64,000 nucleotides of DNA from Candidatus Wildermuthbacteria bacterium. Lineage in GTDB: Bacteria > Patescibacteriota > Minisyncoccia > Minisyncoccales > UBA10102. The position numbers and the translations under genes are program-made. The notes under the pieces were generated by a model. That model was not told where the DNA came from and made no database searches. It saw only the letters and a list, made by a program, of their open reading frames with translations. Where the stretch lies: assembly GCA_016186115.1 (NCBI GenBank), contig JACPMK010000003.1:26470-90469 (forward strand), in the 5' to 3' direction. This document shows, one piece after another, positions 27,234-35,940 of this stretch; within the stretch, counting starts at the first letter, position 1; each line of letters opens with the position of its first letter.

Positions 27234-29180
27234 TCACTTCTTTTGAAGTGTCTTAATCAAATCGCGAATTTGGGCAGCACGCTCAAAGTCGAGATTATCT
27301 GCGGCATCCTTCATTTCTCTTCCGAGAATTGCAGTGTCTTTGATAAGCGCGAGCTCTGCTTCGACTGCCTCGTGTTTTTGGTCCGCAGCAAACTCCCATT
27401 TCCGAATTTCTTTGATAATTGGTTGTGGAGTAATGCCATGCGCTTGATTGTATGTTTCCTGAATTTTTCTTCTTCGGGAAACCTCGTTCATTGCTGCTTT
27501 CATGGAGCCGGTAATTTTATCGGCAAAAAGAATAACCCTACCTTCGGGATGGCGCGCAGCTCGCCCCATGGTTTGAATGAGGGTGGTATCGTTGCGCAAG
27601 AATCCTTCTTTATCTGCATCGAGAATTGCCACGAGCGCCACTTCGGGGATATCGAGTCCCTCCCGAAGAAGATTAATGCCTACAATCACGTCGAAATCGC
27701 CCCTTCGAAATTGTTCAAGAATGGCAGGGCGTTCCAGCGTTTTTACCTCTGAATGGAGCCAGCGGGTTCGTATCCCATGGTCTTCAAAATAGAGAGCCAC
27801 TTCTTCGGCAAGGCGTTTTGTAAGGGTGATTACGAGGGCGCGCTGCTGCTTTGCCTGAAGCTTCTTGAGTTCTGTAATGAGATTCTGAATCTGATTTTTG
27901 GTTGGTTTTATTGCAATTGCTGGTTCCAAAAGTCCGGTCGGCCGTATGAGTTGCTCGACAATATGTTCTCTTCCTGCTTGATTTTCTTCCCATTCTCCCG
28001 GAGTCGCAGAAACATACATGAGTTGCGATGCTTTTGCAAGGAATTCCTTAAAAGCAAGGGGCCTGTTGTCAATTGCAGAAGGCAATCGGAATCCATGTTC
28101 AATAAGGGTTTGTTTGCGTATTCGATCTTGCACAGACATGGCCCGCAATTGGGGAATGGTGAGATGGCTCTCATCGATGCATACCAGAAAATCATCAGGA
28201 AAATAGTCAAGCAGCGTGAAGGGGGCAGAGCCGGGGGCCCGAAATTCCATGTGTCGCGAATAATTTTCAATTCCATGGCAATAGCCGGATTCCTCAATCA
28301 TTTCGAGATCGTAATTGGTGCGTTGTTCCAAACGCTGGGCTTCAAGTAATTTTCCTTGGGCTTTTAATTTCTGTAGCTGATCAGCAAGTTCCAGCCGGAT
28401 ATTCTGCAACGCAATTTTGAGTTTTGCTTGCGGCGTCAGCCAAAACTTTGCAGGGTACAATTTATACGTACCCTCAAGGGGCTCGTACGTTGGATGGAGG
28501 GCATTCTCTGTAATGGAAATTTGTTCGATGATGTCACCGGTGAATTCAACCCTTACAATTTCTTTTCCCGTGATAAGAAATAGTTCAACAGTGTTTCCTC
28601 GCACGCGGAATGTGCCGGGCTTAAAATCCGTGTCATTTCTTGTATACTGGAGCGTGGTAATGTGCGCAAGAAGTTCTCTTCTTCTTATTTCTTGCCCCGG
28701 CCGGATTTCCAAGGCAATTTTTTGATATTCTTCGGGCGAGCCAATGTTATAAATGCATGAAACCGAAGCAACAACAATCACGTCATTGCGCGAGAGCACA
28801 TCCTGCACTGCTTCGTGGCGAAGGCGGTCGATCGTTTCATTGATTTGCGCGTCCTTTTCAATATAGGTATCGGTTTGGGGGATATAGGCCTCGGGCTGAT
28901 AGTAGTCGTAGTAAGAAACAAAATAATGTACGCCGTTTTTTGGGAAAAATTCTTTGAATTCCTGATAGAGTTGAGCCGCCAATGTTTTGTTGGGAGAAAT
29001 GACCAGCACGGGTTTTTGAACCTTGGAAACAACATTGGACATGGTAAAGGTTTTGCCGCTTCCGGTCACGCCCAAAAGCACTTGTTGGGGAGTCCCAGCT
29101 CGGATATTTTTTACCAACTGTTCAATCGCCTTCGGCTGATCTCCAGTTGGTTTGAATTTTGATACGAGTTCGAATTCCAT
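27234..29180 (-). CDS. uvrB: Excinuclease ABC subunit B
   Basis: Starts MEFELVSKFKPTGDQPKAIEQL, with GVTGSGKT and DESH motifs and a C-terminal UVR domain. The 141-codon N-terminal extension in the track was rejected. Confidence 0.95.
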   Translation of the reverse strand: MEFELVSKFKPTGDQPKAIEQLVKNIRAGTPQQVLLGVTGSGKTFTMSNVVSKVQKPVLVISPNKTLAAQLYQEFKEFFPKNGVHYFVSYYDYYQPEAYIPQTDTYIEKDAQINETIDRLRHEAVQDVLSRNDVIVVASVSCIYNIGSPEEYQKIALEIRPGQEIRRRELLAHITTLQYTRNDTDFKPGTFRVRGNTVELFLITGKEIVRVEFTGDIIEQISITENALHPTYEPLEGTYKLYPAKFWLTPQAKLKIALQNIRLELADQLQKLKAQGKLLEAQRLEQRTNYDLEMIEESGYCHGIENYSRHMEFRAPGSAPFTLLDYFPDDFLVCIDESHLTIPQLRAMSVQDRIRKQTLIEHGFRLPSAIDNRPLAFKEFLAKASQLMYVSATPGEWEENQAGREHIVEQLIRPTGLLEPAIAIKPTKNQIQNLITELKKLQAKQQRALVITLTKRLAEEVALYFEDHGIRTRWLHSEVKTLERPAILEQFRRGDFDVIVGINLLREGLDIPEVALVAILDADKEGFLRNDTTLIQTMGRAARHPEGRVILFADKITGSMKAAMNEVSRRRKIQETYNQAHGITPQPIIKEIRKWEFAADQKHEAVEAELALIKDTAILGREMKDAADNLDFERAAQIRDLIKTLQKK

Positions 29181-29195
29181 GTATAGTGGAGTAAC

Positions 29196-29762
29196 ATGCT
29201 TTCTTATCTCAAGGGCAAAGTGCTGCATAAAGGAGCCGGTTTTCTTATTCTCAATGTCAACAACGTTGGCTATAAGATTTTTGCTACAAAGAATATACAA
29301 GAACGAGCAAAAGAAGGAGAAGAATGCGAGGTATTTTGTTTCTTCCACCTTCGCGAGGACGCTGCTGAACTTTATGGCTTGCCGAGCATTGAAGCCCTCC
29401 AGCTGTTTGAGGCCTTGAACGATATTCAGGGCATTGGCCCCAGGGCCGCACTTGCCCTCTCTTCTCTTGGTAGCATAGAGGAACTGAAAAAAGCAATCGA
29501 AACAGGAAATCAAAAATTTTTCGAGGGAGTAAGGGGCATCGGGACAAAAAAACTTCAGAAGATCATGCTGGAACTTACGGGCAAGATAGAGAATATCGCG
29601 CAAAAGCGATCAATGGGCAAAAAAGACGAGGCAGTTGAGGCATTAGTAACGCTCGGATTTTCCCGTGCAGACGCAGCAGATGCGTTGTCGCAAATCTCGA
29701 CCGACATCCTCGACACCGGCCAGCGCGTAAAAGAAGCGCTGAAGTTTTTGGGGAGGGCTTGA
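29196..29762 (+). CDS. ruvA: Holliday junction DNA helicase RuvA
   Basis: MLSYLKGKV...VGYKIF OB fold, HhH motifs (GIGPRAAL, GIGTKKLQKI), C-terminal domain III. Confidence 0.9.
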   Translation: MLSYLKGKVLHKGAGFLILNVNNVGYKIFATKNIQERAKEGEECEVFCFFHLREDAAELYGLPSIEALQLFEALNDIQGIGPRAALALSSLGSIEELKKAIETGNQKFFEGVRGIGTKKLQKIMLELTGKIENIAQKRSMGKKDEAVEALVTLGFSRADAADALSQISTDILDTGQRVKEALKFLGRA

Positions 29763-29838
29763 CGCGCTTTTATGTTTGGGCGTAAATAAAAGTAAGGTCT
29801 TGAGGTGTGTAGCAAAGCCGAGAAAAGGGAGGCGTGCT

Positions 29839-30102
29839 ATGACAACCGATCGCACCGAAAGATTGGAGCAGGAGGAGGTGGAGGGGACAAGGAAAAAGTA
29901 TGCGGCAACAAAAGCAGTAGTTCGGGAATTTGCAATACGAGTTATCCTCAAGGGAGAGGAGCTTTCGAAAGAGGAAAAACAAATGAATCGGAATGCACTA
30001 CAGTACCTCTTTTCCGACCAAACGCGCGAACTTGCGCACGGGTTAACAAAAGCAGAGATCGTGCTCGATGTTTTTAGAGGATTCTTTGCTCGGAAGACTT
30101 AG
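29839..30102 (+). CDS. Small orphan protein (87 aa), SD-led
   Basis: ATG at 29839 lies 6 nt after AAGGGAGG (29825-32). Followed by a long terminator hairpin. No family recognised. Confidence 0.5.
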   Translation: MTTDRTERLEQEEVEGTRKKYAATKAVVREFAIRVILKGEELSKEEKQMNRNALQYLFSDQTRELAHGLTKAEIVLDVFRGFFARKT

Positions 30103-30126
30103 AAAGGAGAATGAGTGATGTTCTTT

Positions 30127-30190
30127 AAGGACGTTGTTTGCTTATGCCAATAGAAGGGGCATAGGCAAGCAACGTCCTTTGTTGTTGTGA
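30127..30190 (+). terminator. Long hairpin / probable terminator
   Basis: 22-bp stem AAGGACGTTGTTTGCTTATGCC / GGCATAGGCAAGCAACGTCCTT. Its two non-Watson-Crick positions are G-U only on the plus-strand RNA. Followed by TGTTGTTGT. Confidence 0.55.
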
Positions 30191-30216
30191 GTATAAAATT
30201 TCCTATGGTACACTGA

Positions 30217-31533
30217 ATGCGTGATATGAAAAGAATTTTAAAGAAGATCTTTCCTCCATTTATTTTGAGTTGGTACCATTTTGTATTGGCCTTTGTCGCG
30301 GCGGCGTGGTATCGGTTTCCCTCGAGAGATTTAACGGTGATTGGAGTTACGGGAACGAATGGGAAATCAACCACAGTCGATATGATCTCCCGAATTTTCG
30401 CAGAAGCAGGCATTGCGACTGCTTCTCTCTCTTCGATACGATTCCAAATCAACGAAAAGGAATGGCGCAATACGCTCAAGATGACAATGCCCGGCCCGTT
30501 TTTTGCGCAGAGATTTCTTCGCAAGGCAGTGAATGCCGGCTGCACGCATGCGGTGACGGAGGTAACTTCAGAAGGGATTCTTCAGTATCGCCACCGCTTT
30601 ATCAAATTTCATACGGCTGTGTTCACAAATTTGTCGCCCGAGCATATCGAACGGCATGGATCTTTCGAACATTATCGCCAAGCAAAAGGGGGACTATTTC
30701 AAGCCGCACAACAAGTGCATATTACGAATGGTGATGATAAAAATTCTGAATATTTTCTTCAATTTGCAGCCAGAGAAAAGTGGATATATGGTCTGAAAAA
30801 TTCGAAATCCGAAATTCGAAATCCGAAACAAATACCAAATACTAAATACCAAATATTAAATATTGAGAACATTCAAATAGAGCGAAACGGAGTAGAGTTT
30901 TTTGTAAAGGGTACTGAATTTCATCTCAAGCTCCTTGGGGAGTTTAACGCATATAACGCTTTGGCTGCAATTTGCGTTGGGCTTTCTCAAAATATTCCCT
31001 TAGAGACATGCAAAAACGCGCTCGAAAACATTGAAAAAGTGCCGGGCCGTATGGAACTGATTATCCAGAAGCCCTTTTGGGTATTTGTTGACTATGCTTT
31101 TACGCCCAATGCCCTAGAAAAAGTGTATCGGACCCTCAAAGAGTTGCAGCATATACCAAATACTAAATTGGTTTGCGTGCTCGGGGCTGCAGGCGGAGGG
31201 CGGGATAAATGGAAGCGGCCGGTATTGGGAAGGATTGCGGCATCGTATTGCGATAAAATTATTGTGACCAATGAAGATCCGTACGACGAAAATCCCACGG
31301 AAATCATTGAACAGGTGGCAGAAGGCGCCGGGGAAGAAGCAGAAAAAATCTTAGACCGCAGAGAAGCAATTGGAAAAGCATTGCACTTGGCGGGCTCGGG
31401 AGACGTCGTCGTGATAACGGGGAAGGGCAGCGAGGATTCTATTGATGTGGCCGGTGGCAAAAAAATTCCTTGGGATGATCGGGAAGTTGTTAGGGAGGAA
31501 TTTAGAAAAATCCATTCTCAAGAGACCGTATAG
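30217..31533 (+). CDS. Mur ligase family protein (MurE-like UDP-MurNAc-tripeptide synthetase) with N-terminal TM segment
   Basis: GVTGTNGKSTT P-loop, central and C-terminal Mur ligase motifs (GAAGGGRDKWKRP), hydrophobic N-terminus. Confidence 0.8.
   Translation: MRDMKRILKKIFPPFILSWYHFVLAFVAAAWYRFPSRDLTVIGVTGTNGKSTTVDMISRIFAEAGIATASLSSIRFQINEKEWRNTLKMTMPGPFFAQRFLRKAVNAGCTHAVTEVTSEGILQYRHRFIKFHTAVFTNLSPEHIERHGSFEHYRQAKGGLFQAAQQVHITNGDDKNSEYFLQFAAREKWIYGLKNSKSEIRNPKQIPNTKYQILNIENIQIERNGVEFFVKGTEFHLKLLGEFNAYNALAAICVGLSQNIPLETCKNALENIEKVPGRMELIIQKPFWVFVDYAFTPNALEKVYRTLKELQHIPNTKLVCVLGAAGGGRDKWKRPVLGRIAASYCDKIIVTNEDPYDENPTEIIEQVAEGAGEEAEKILDRREAIGKALHLAGSGDVVVITGKGSEDSIDVAGGKKIPWDDREVVREEFRKIHSQETV
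30798..30867 (+). repeat. Heptanucleotide-periodic tract (about 10 units) inside the MurE-like gene, in frame
   Basis: AAATTCG AAATCCG AAATTCG AAATCCG AAACAAA TACCAAA TACTAAA TACCAAA TATTAAA TATTGAG. Translated as NSKSEIRNPKQIPNTKYQILNIE. Confidence 0.85.
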
Positions 31534-31602
31534 ACGGAACAAGATTTTTGTGCTACCTTGAGTGATTGCGTGCTATGAGGACGCTTTCTATTTTATACAA
31601 GC

Positions 31603-31821
31603 ATGACAGGAAAGAATTTGCCCAAAAGCATACGGAAGTTTATTCGTCAAGAAAAAGCCAGAATTCGAAGGCAGATTTTTGATCCCAAAGAACAAGCCAA
31701 AGCAATCGAAGAGCTTTACCAGCGCATATATAATCAATACGGAAAATCAACAGTAAAGCAATCCAAAGAGATTCCCAATAAACCTAGGCTTGCCTTGAGC
31801 GAAGTTGAAGAGTCCCCATAG
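31603..31821 (+). CDS. Small basic protein (72 aa), uncertain
   Basis: Track ORF rich in K/R/Q. Its last 10 nt overlap the tRNA-Arg 5' end. No SD. Confidence 0.35.
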   Translation: MTGKNLPKSIRKFIRQEKARIRRQIFDPKEQAKAIEELYQRIYNQYGKSTVKQSKEIPNKPRLALSEVEESP

Positions 31822-31884
31822 TTTAACGGATAAAGCGTTGGCCTCCGAAGCCAAAGATTGGAGGTCCGATTCCTCCTGGGGACA
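31812..31884 (+). tRNA. tRNA-Arg (anticodon CCG)
   Basis: Hand-folded cloverleaf: acceptor GTCCCCA/TGGGGAC, D arm GTTT-AACGGATA-AAGC, anticodon arm TTGGC-CTCCGAA-GCCAA, T arm GGAGG-TCCGATT-CCTCC, discriminator A. 73 nt, no encoded CCA. Confidence 0.9.
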
Positions 31885-32053
31885 CGATTTGGAAGTGGAT
31901 AGCTCAAGTATTGACGAGATGACTGGAATCTGCAAAGATGTACTCTAATTCTTCCAGCACCTTGGCACATATCTTTTGAGCGCCTTTTTGTTCAGGAGAT
32001 TGTGTTCGTGGCTAAAAGGGCGCTCAAAACAGCAGCGGGAGAAAGGGAGCAAG

Positions 32054-32251
32054 ATGGACGCAAACGCAGATATAAATTATCCGATGATGGTATGCTGTAC
32101 ATGTGGCCATCGGGAATCTTCGCGGTTTCTTACTGGGACAAAGTGCCGCGTAGATGGAGGGGCAATGGCTGAAGAAAAACCGGGGCCGGTTATCATTCCC
32201 GCAAGGATCCGTCAAGCGGACGCGGTCCGGCAGTTAGCTAAGGCAGTGTAA
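32054..32251 (+). CDS. Small Cys-rich orphan protein (65 aa)
   Basis: ATG at 32054 after GGGAGAAAGGGAG. Contains VCCTCGH...TKCRVDGG. Followed by two hairpins including a terminator. Confidence 0.4.
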   Translation: MDANADINYPMMVCCTCGHRESSRFLTGTKCRVDGGAMAEEKPGPVIIPARIRQADAVRQLAKAV

Positions 32252-32337
32252 TTTCAATATTTAAGAAGGGAACCTCGGGATGAGATGAAGAGCGCCGCTC
32301 TTCCCGAGGTTTCCTCAGGGTAGCATTCAACATTGTG

Positions 32338-32369
32338 GCAGGAGCATAAAAACTCCTGCTTTTTCTTTT
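32338..32369 (+). terminator. Rho-independent terminator
   Basis: GCAGGAG-CATAAAAA-CTCCTGC followed by TTTTTCTTTT. Preceded by a 13-bp hairpin at 32268-32314. Confidence 0.75.
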
Positions 32370-32443
32370 CGCGAAAGAACGAATTGCATGATATACTGAA
32401 CATAAGCTTAAAGGTCGCACCTATTACATTTTTTATAAGAATC

Positions 32444-32752
32444 ATGCAGAAAAAACGTGTTTTAAAAAAGAAGATCGCAAAGAAACCCGTTGTAAAGAAA
32501 GTAAAAGAGCAGCCCATTGGCAAGGTGGCGCATTACTATGACAAGATCGGAGTAATCGCGCTGAAGCTTACAAATCCTGTGGCAGTGGGCAATACAATTA
32601 GGATTGAGGGAGGAGAAAAATCATTCACGCAAAAGATCGCATCCATGCAGATCGATCATGAGAAAATCAAAAAAGCGAAAAAAGGAGATGAGGTCGGGAT
32701 CAAGATTACTCAAAAGGCAAGAGAAGGGTATCGCGTGTTTCGACAAAAATGA
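32444..32752 (+). CDS. Small beta-barrel protein resembling translation-factor domain II (EF-Tu_D2-like)
   Basis: K-rich N-terminus, then IGKVAHYYDKIGVIALKL...VGNTIRIEGG...QKIASMQIDHEKIKKAKKGDEVGIK, recalled as a translation elongation factor-like family. ATG at 32444. Confidence 0.5.
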   Translation: MQKKRVLKKKIAKKPVVKKVKEQPIGKVAHYYDKIGVIALKLTNPVAVGNTIRIEGGEKSFTQKIASMQIDHEKIKKAKKGDEVGIKITQKAREGYRVFRQK

Positions 32753-33882
32753 ATAGTTTTATTTTGGCTTTGTCAACGCTCGTTGGGGCGATTGTGGGAG
32801 CGGGGATTTTTGGCATTCCCTATGCTATCGCAAAAAGCGGGGTTGTGCCGGGAATTTTTTACCTCGGTGTCCTTGCGGGGGCAGTGCTTATCCTCCACTT
32901 GCTTTTTGGAGAAGTATGCCTGCGCACCAAAGAAAAATACCGGCTTATTGGCTACGCAAGAAGATATCTTGGGAAATGGGGTGAGGCGGCAATGATTTTT
33001 GCGACTTTCGTTGGAACAGTCGGCACCCTGCTTGCCTACATTATTATTGGAGGGGACTTTCTCAAAATTGTTCTTTCTCCTCTTCTTTCTCTTTCTCCCA
33101 TTGCGGCAACCTTTCTTTTTTGGCTTGTCCTTTCCTTATTTGTTTTTCAGGGCATTCGTTTTATTGCAAAAACCGAATTTCTCATGAATATCGCGCTTTT
33201 TATCGTGATCGCGCTCGTATTTCTTTTTGCTATCCCCCATATTCGAATCGAAAACTTTTCTCTTGTGCATGGCGATTCTCTGTTTTTGCCCTACGGGATT
33301 ATCCTTTTTGCTTTGATAGGGTGGTCTGCGATCCCCGAAATTGCAGAACTTTTTAAAAAAGACGACGAGAAGAAAAAACTTCGCAATGTTCTTCGATTTG
33401 CATCTCTTATCACCTTTGCGCTCTATGCTCTTTTTGTGTTTTTCGTGATCGGAGTATCTGGAGCCAACACCTCGCCCGATGCTCTTGGCGGTCTCGTCCC
33501 TTTTCTGGGAGAAAATATCGTGATTATTGGAGCGATCATTGGATTGTTTATTATTGCTGACTCCTACATCATTTTCGGCGATTATCTCAAAAATTCACTG
33601 TACTATGATTACAAGATACCCCTGTTTTTTTCTGCTGCGATAACAATATCTCTCCCGCTTGCGCTTTTTATGCTGGGATTGCGCCAATTCTCTGAAGTGG
33701 TGGCAGTTGTTGGTTCATTTATAGGAGCCGTTGAGGGAGTAACGATTCTCTTGCTTTTTCAGAAGGCCAGGCACCACGGCGACCGCGAGCCCGAATACAT
33801 CGTCTCCATCCCACGAATTTTCCTCATTTTTCTTGGATTGATTCTTATCTCCGGCGCTCTCCTCGGATTTGTTTTCCCGTGA
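32749..33882 (+). CDS. Amino acid permease-like polytopic membrane protein
   Basis: About 11 TM helices. The N-terminal GAIVGAGIFGIPYAIAKSG motif resembles aromatic/amino-acid transporter families. Confidence 0.65.
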   Translation: MNSFILALSTLVGAIVGAGIFGIPYAIAKSGVVPGIFYLGVLAGAVLILHLLFGEVCLRTKEKYRLIGYARRYLGKWGEAAMIFATFVGTVGTLLAYIIIGGDFLKIVLSPLLSLSPIAATFLFWLVLSLFVFQGIRFIAKTEFLMNIALFIVIALVFLFAIPHIRIENFSLVHGDSLFLPYGIILFALIGWSAIPEIAELFKKDDEKKKLRNVLRFASLITFALYALFVFFVIGVSGANTSPDALGGLVPFLGENIVIIGAIIGLFIIADSYIIFGDYLKNSLYYDYKIPLFFSAAITISLPLALFMLGLRQFSEVVAVVGSFIGAVEGVTILLLFQKARHHGDREPEYIVSIPRIFLIFLGLILISGALLGFVFP

Positions 33883-33907
33883 TAGAATGAGGTGTGCGAG
33901 AAAAAAT

Positions 33908-34672
33908 ATGACAATCGATCTCTTCACCCAAAAGTGTGGGTACGAAATTAATGGAATGTGGATGCCGCGTGTTACTGCGATCACATCGATTATTCCCAAA
34001 CCCAATCTTGAAAGATTTCTCAATTCCTATGCGAATCCATTTGCTGCGCAGCGTGCGCTTGAACAATCTGCGGATTGGGGCAATCTTGTGCATGGGGCGG
34101 TAGAAGGCCTGTTGGTCGAAAAGCCCTTCGTTATTGATGCGCGCATTTCCCCTTCCGTCGACGCATTTCGACAGTGGCTCAAAGACAACTCCATGCGGCT
34201 TGTCAATAAAGCCCAGTCAATTGAAAGAAGGGTATTTGATATGGAAAATTGCTATGCGGGGACGATTGATGTGGTGGCAAAATTGGGTGGAAAGATAGGG
34301 GTGCTCGATATCAAAACAGGCAGCGGCATATGGAGAGAACATGCGTTGCAGACAGCAGCATACCTAAATGCCTACAATAAAAATGCGCCAAAGACACAAA
34401 AAGGAACCACGCGCTGGATTCTTCGGATCGATCAATACGAAGAATGTATGGGATGTTTTGCGAAAAGACGTCTCAAAGAAGGAGCGCCAAGGGTGCGCGG
34501 GGGAAATCGATTTTGCAACCATCAGTGGGGTGTAGCCAAGGCAGAGATCGAATTTAAAGAACTCCCTGATTTTCGGGAAGATATTGAGGCCTTTCTTGCC
34601 GCCAAAGAATTGTGGGAATGGCATCATCGTGATGCCTTAAAGCAGATCGGGAATTATCCCAAAAAGAAATAA
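33908..34672 (+). CDS. PD-(D/E)XK nuclease superfamily protein (RecB/Cas4-like fold) with Cys cluster
   Basis: GTIDVVAKL...GVLDIKTG...QTAAY motif set; CMGCFAKRR...FCNHQW cysteines. Start uncertain (33869 TTG, 33887 or 33908 ATG). Confidence 0.6.
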   Translation: MTIDLFTQKCGYEINGMWMPRVTAITSIIPKPNLERFLNSYANPFAAQRALEQSADWGNLVHGAVEGLLVEKPFVIDARISPSVDAFRQWLKDNSMRLVNKAQSIERRVFDMENCYAGTIDVVAKLGGKIGVLDIKTGSGIWREHALQTAAYLNAYNKNAPKTQKGTTRWILRIDQYEECMGCFAKRRLKEGAPRVRGGNRFCNHQWGVAKAEIEFKELPDFREDIEAFLAAKELWEWHHRDALKQIGNYPKKK

Positions 34673-34678
34673 GATGTT

Positions 34679-35926
34679 ATGAAACTTATTGGCGATTTCC
34701 ATATTCATTCCAGATTTTCAAGAGCAACCTCCAAAGAGTTAACCGTGGAAAATCTGGATCACTGGGCTTCTCTGAAGGGGATTACTATTATGGGAACGGG
34801 TGATTTTACTCACCCGTTATGGTTTCAGGAATTAAAAGAAAAACTCGAGCCCGCAGAAGCAGGATTGTATAAATTGAAAGGTGAGAAAAGTAGCGTACGC
34901 TTTCTTCTCACCAGCGAAATCAGCTGTATTTATTCAAAAAAGAGTGCGGTGCGTAGAATTCATCTGATTCTTTTTTCCCCTTCTTTTGAAGCAGTCGAGA
35001 AAATCAACACCCAGCTTGGTTGGATAGGGAATTTGAAAGCAGATGGTCGGCCAATTCTCGGTATTGACGCAAAAGAAGTGGTGAAAATTGCGCTGGATGC
35101 CTCGCCTGATTGCATGGTTATTCCTGCGCATGCGTGGACACCGTGGTTTTCTGTGTTCGGGTCAAAATCGGGCTTTAATTCGCTGGAGGAATGTTTTGAT
35201 GAGTACACAAAATATATTTATGCCATAGAAACAGGGTTATCTTCGGATCCCGCAATGAACTGGCGGCTTTCTGCTTTGGATGGCATTACCCTTATGAGCA
35301 ATTCTGATAGCCACAGTTTGGAAAAAATCGGGAGAGAGGCAAATGTATTCGATATCGAGTTGAGTTATTCTGCGCTCAAAGAAGTAATCCAAACAAAAAA
35401 CGCAAAAAAGTTTTTGTACACAGTAGAATTTTTCCCCGAAGAAGGAAAATATCATTATGACGGGCACCGTCTTTGCAATGTAAGCATGCATCCTGCGGAG
35501 GCAAAAAAGCAGAATAATCGCTGCCCCAAATGCGGCAGACCCCTTACCATTGGAGTGCTTCATCGCGTGGAAGAGCTGGCTGATCGGCCAGAGGGAACTG
35601 TTCCTGCCGGAGCAATTCCTTTTAAAAGCATGGTCCCTTTGCAAGAGATTATTGCTGATGTCCTTGGCGTGAGCGTTGGTACCAAGCAGGGGAAGCTAGA
35701 ATACGATAAATTAATCAAAGAGTTTGGCAGCGAATTTGCTGTGCTTCTTGATACGGATCAGTCAACCCTTCGCAATGTAACCTCGCCCGAAATTACCGAA
35801 GGCATTATCAGGGTGCGCGATGGGAAAATAAAAATTGACCCCGGATTTGATGGGGAATATGGCAAGATAGAAATTTTTGGCAAGAGCGAGTCGAAACAGT
35901 TTACAAGTCAGCACACTTTGTTTTAG
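34679..35926 (+). CDS. Endonuclease Q-like PHP-fold nuclease
   Basis: DFHIHSRFSRATS, GTGDFTHP, GRP, PAHAWTPW, SNSDSHS, GREANVF, GKYHYDGH, CPKCG zinc finger and C-terminal FDGEYGKIEIF, colinear with my recollection of archaeal EndoQ. Confidence 0.7.
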   Translation: MKLIGDFHIHSRFSRATSKELTVENLDHWASLKGITIMGTGDFTHPLWFQELKEKLEPAEAGLYKLKGEKSSVRFLLTSEISCIYSKKSAVRRIHLILFSPSFEAVEKINTQLGWIGNLKADGRPILGIDAKEVVKIALDASPDCMVIPAHAWTPWFSVFGSKSGFNSLEECFDEYTKYIYAIETGLSSDPAMNWRLSALDGITLMSNSDSHSLEKIGREANVFDIELSYSALKEVIQTKNAKKFLYTVEFFPEEGKYHYDGHRLCNVSMHPAEAKKQNNRCPKCGRPLTIGVLHRVEELADRPEGTVPAGAIPFKSMVPLQEIIADVLGVSVGTKQGKLEYDKLIKEFGSEFAVLLDTDQSTLRNVTSPEITEGIIRVRDGKIKIDPGFDGEYGKIEIFGKSESKQFTSQHTLF

Positions 35927-35940
35927 AATATATCCTTACT

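Noticed and set aside
29181-29603. 141-codon N-terminal extension of uvrB in the track ORF (789 aa)
   Set aside because: UvrB homology begins at MEFELVSKFKPTGDQP (ATG 29180). The extension is low-complexity, overlaps ruvA on the other strand, and has no UvrB counterpart.
31153-31168. 16-nt identity (ATACCAAATACTAAAT) between the murE tract (30832-47) and a second site in the same gene
   Set aside because: One exact 16-mer match of A/T-rich low complexity is roughly what chance allows in a 64-kb window. I note it but do not claim it as an insertion.
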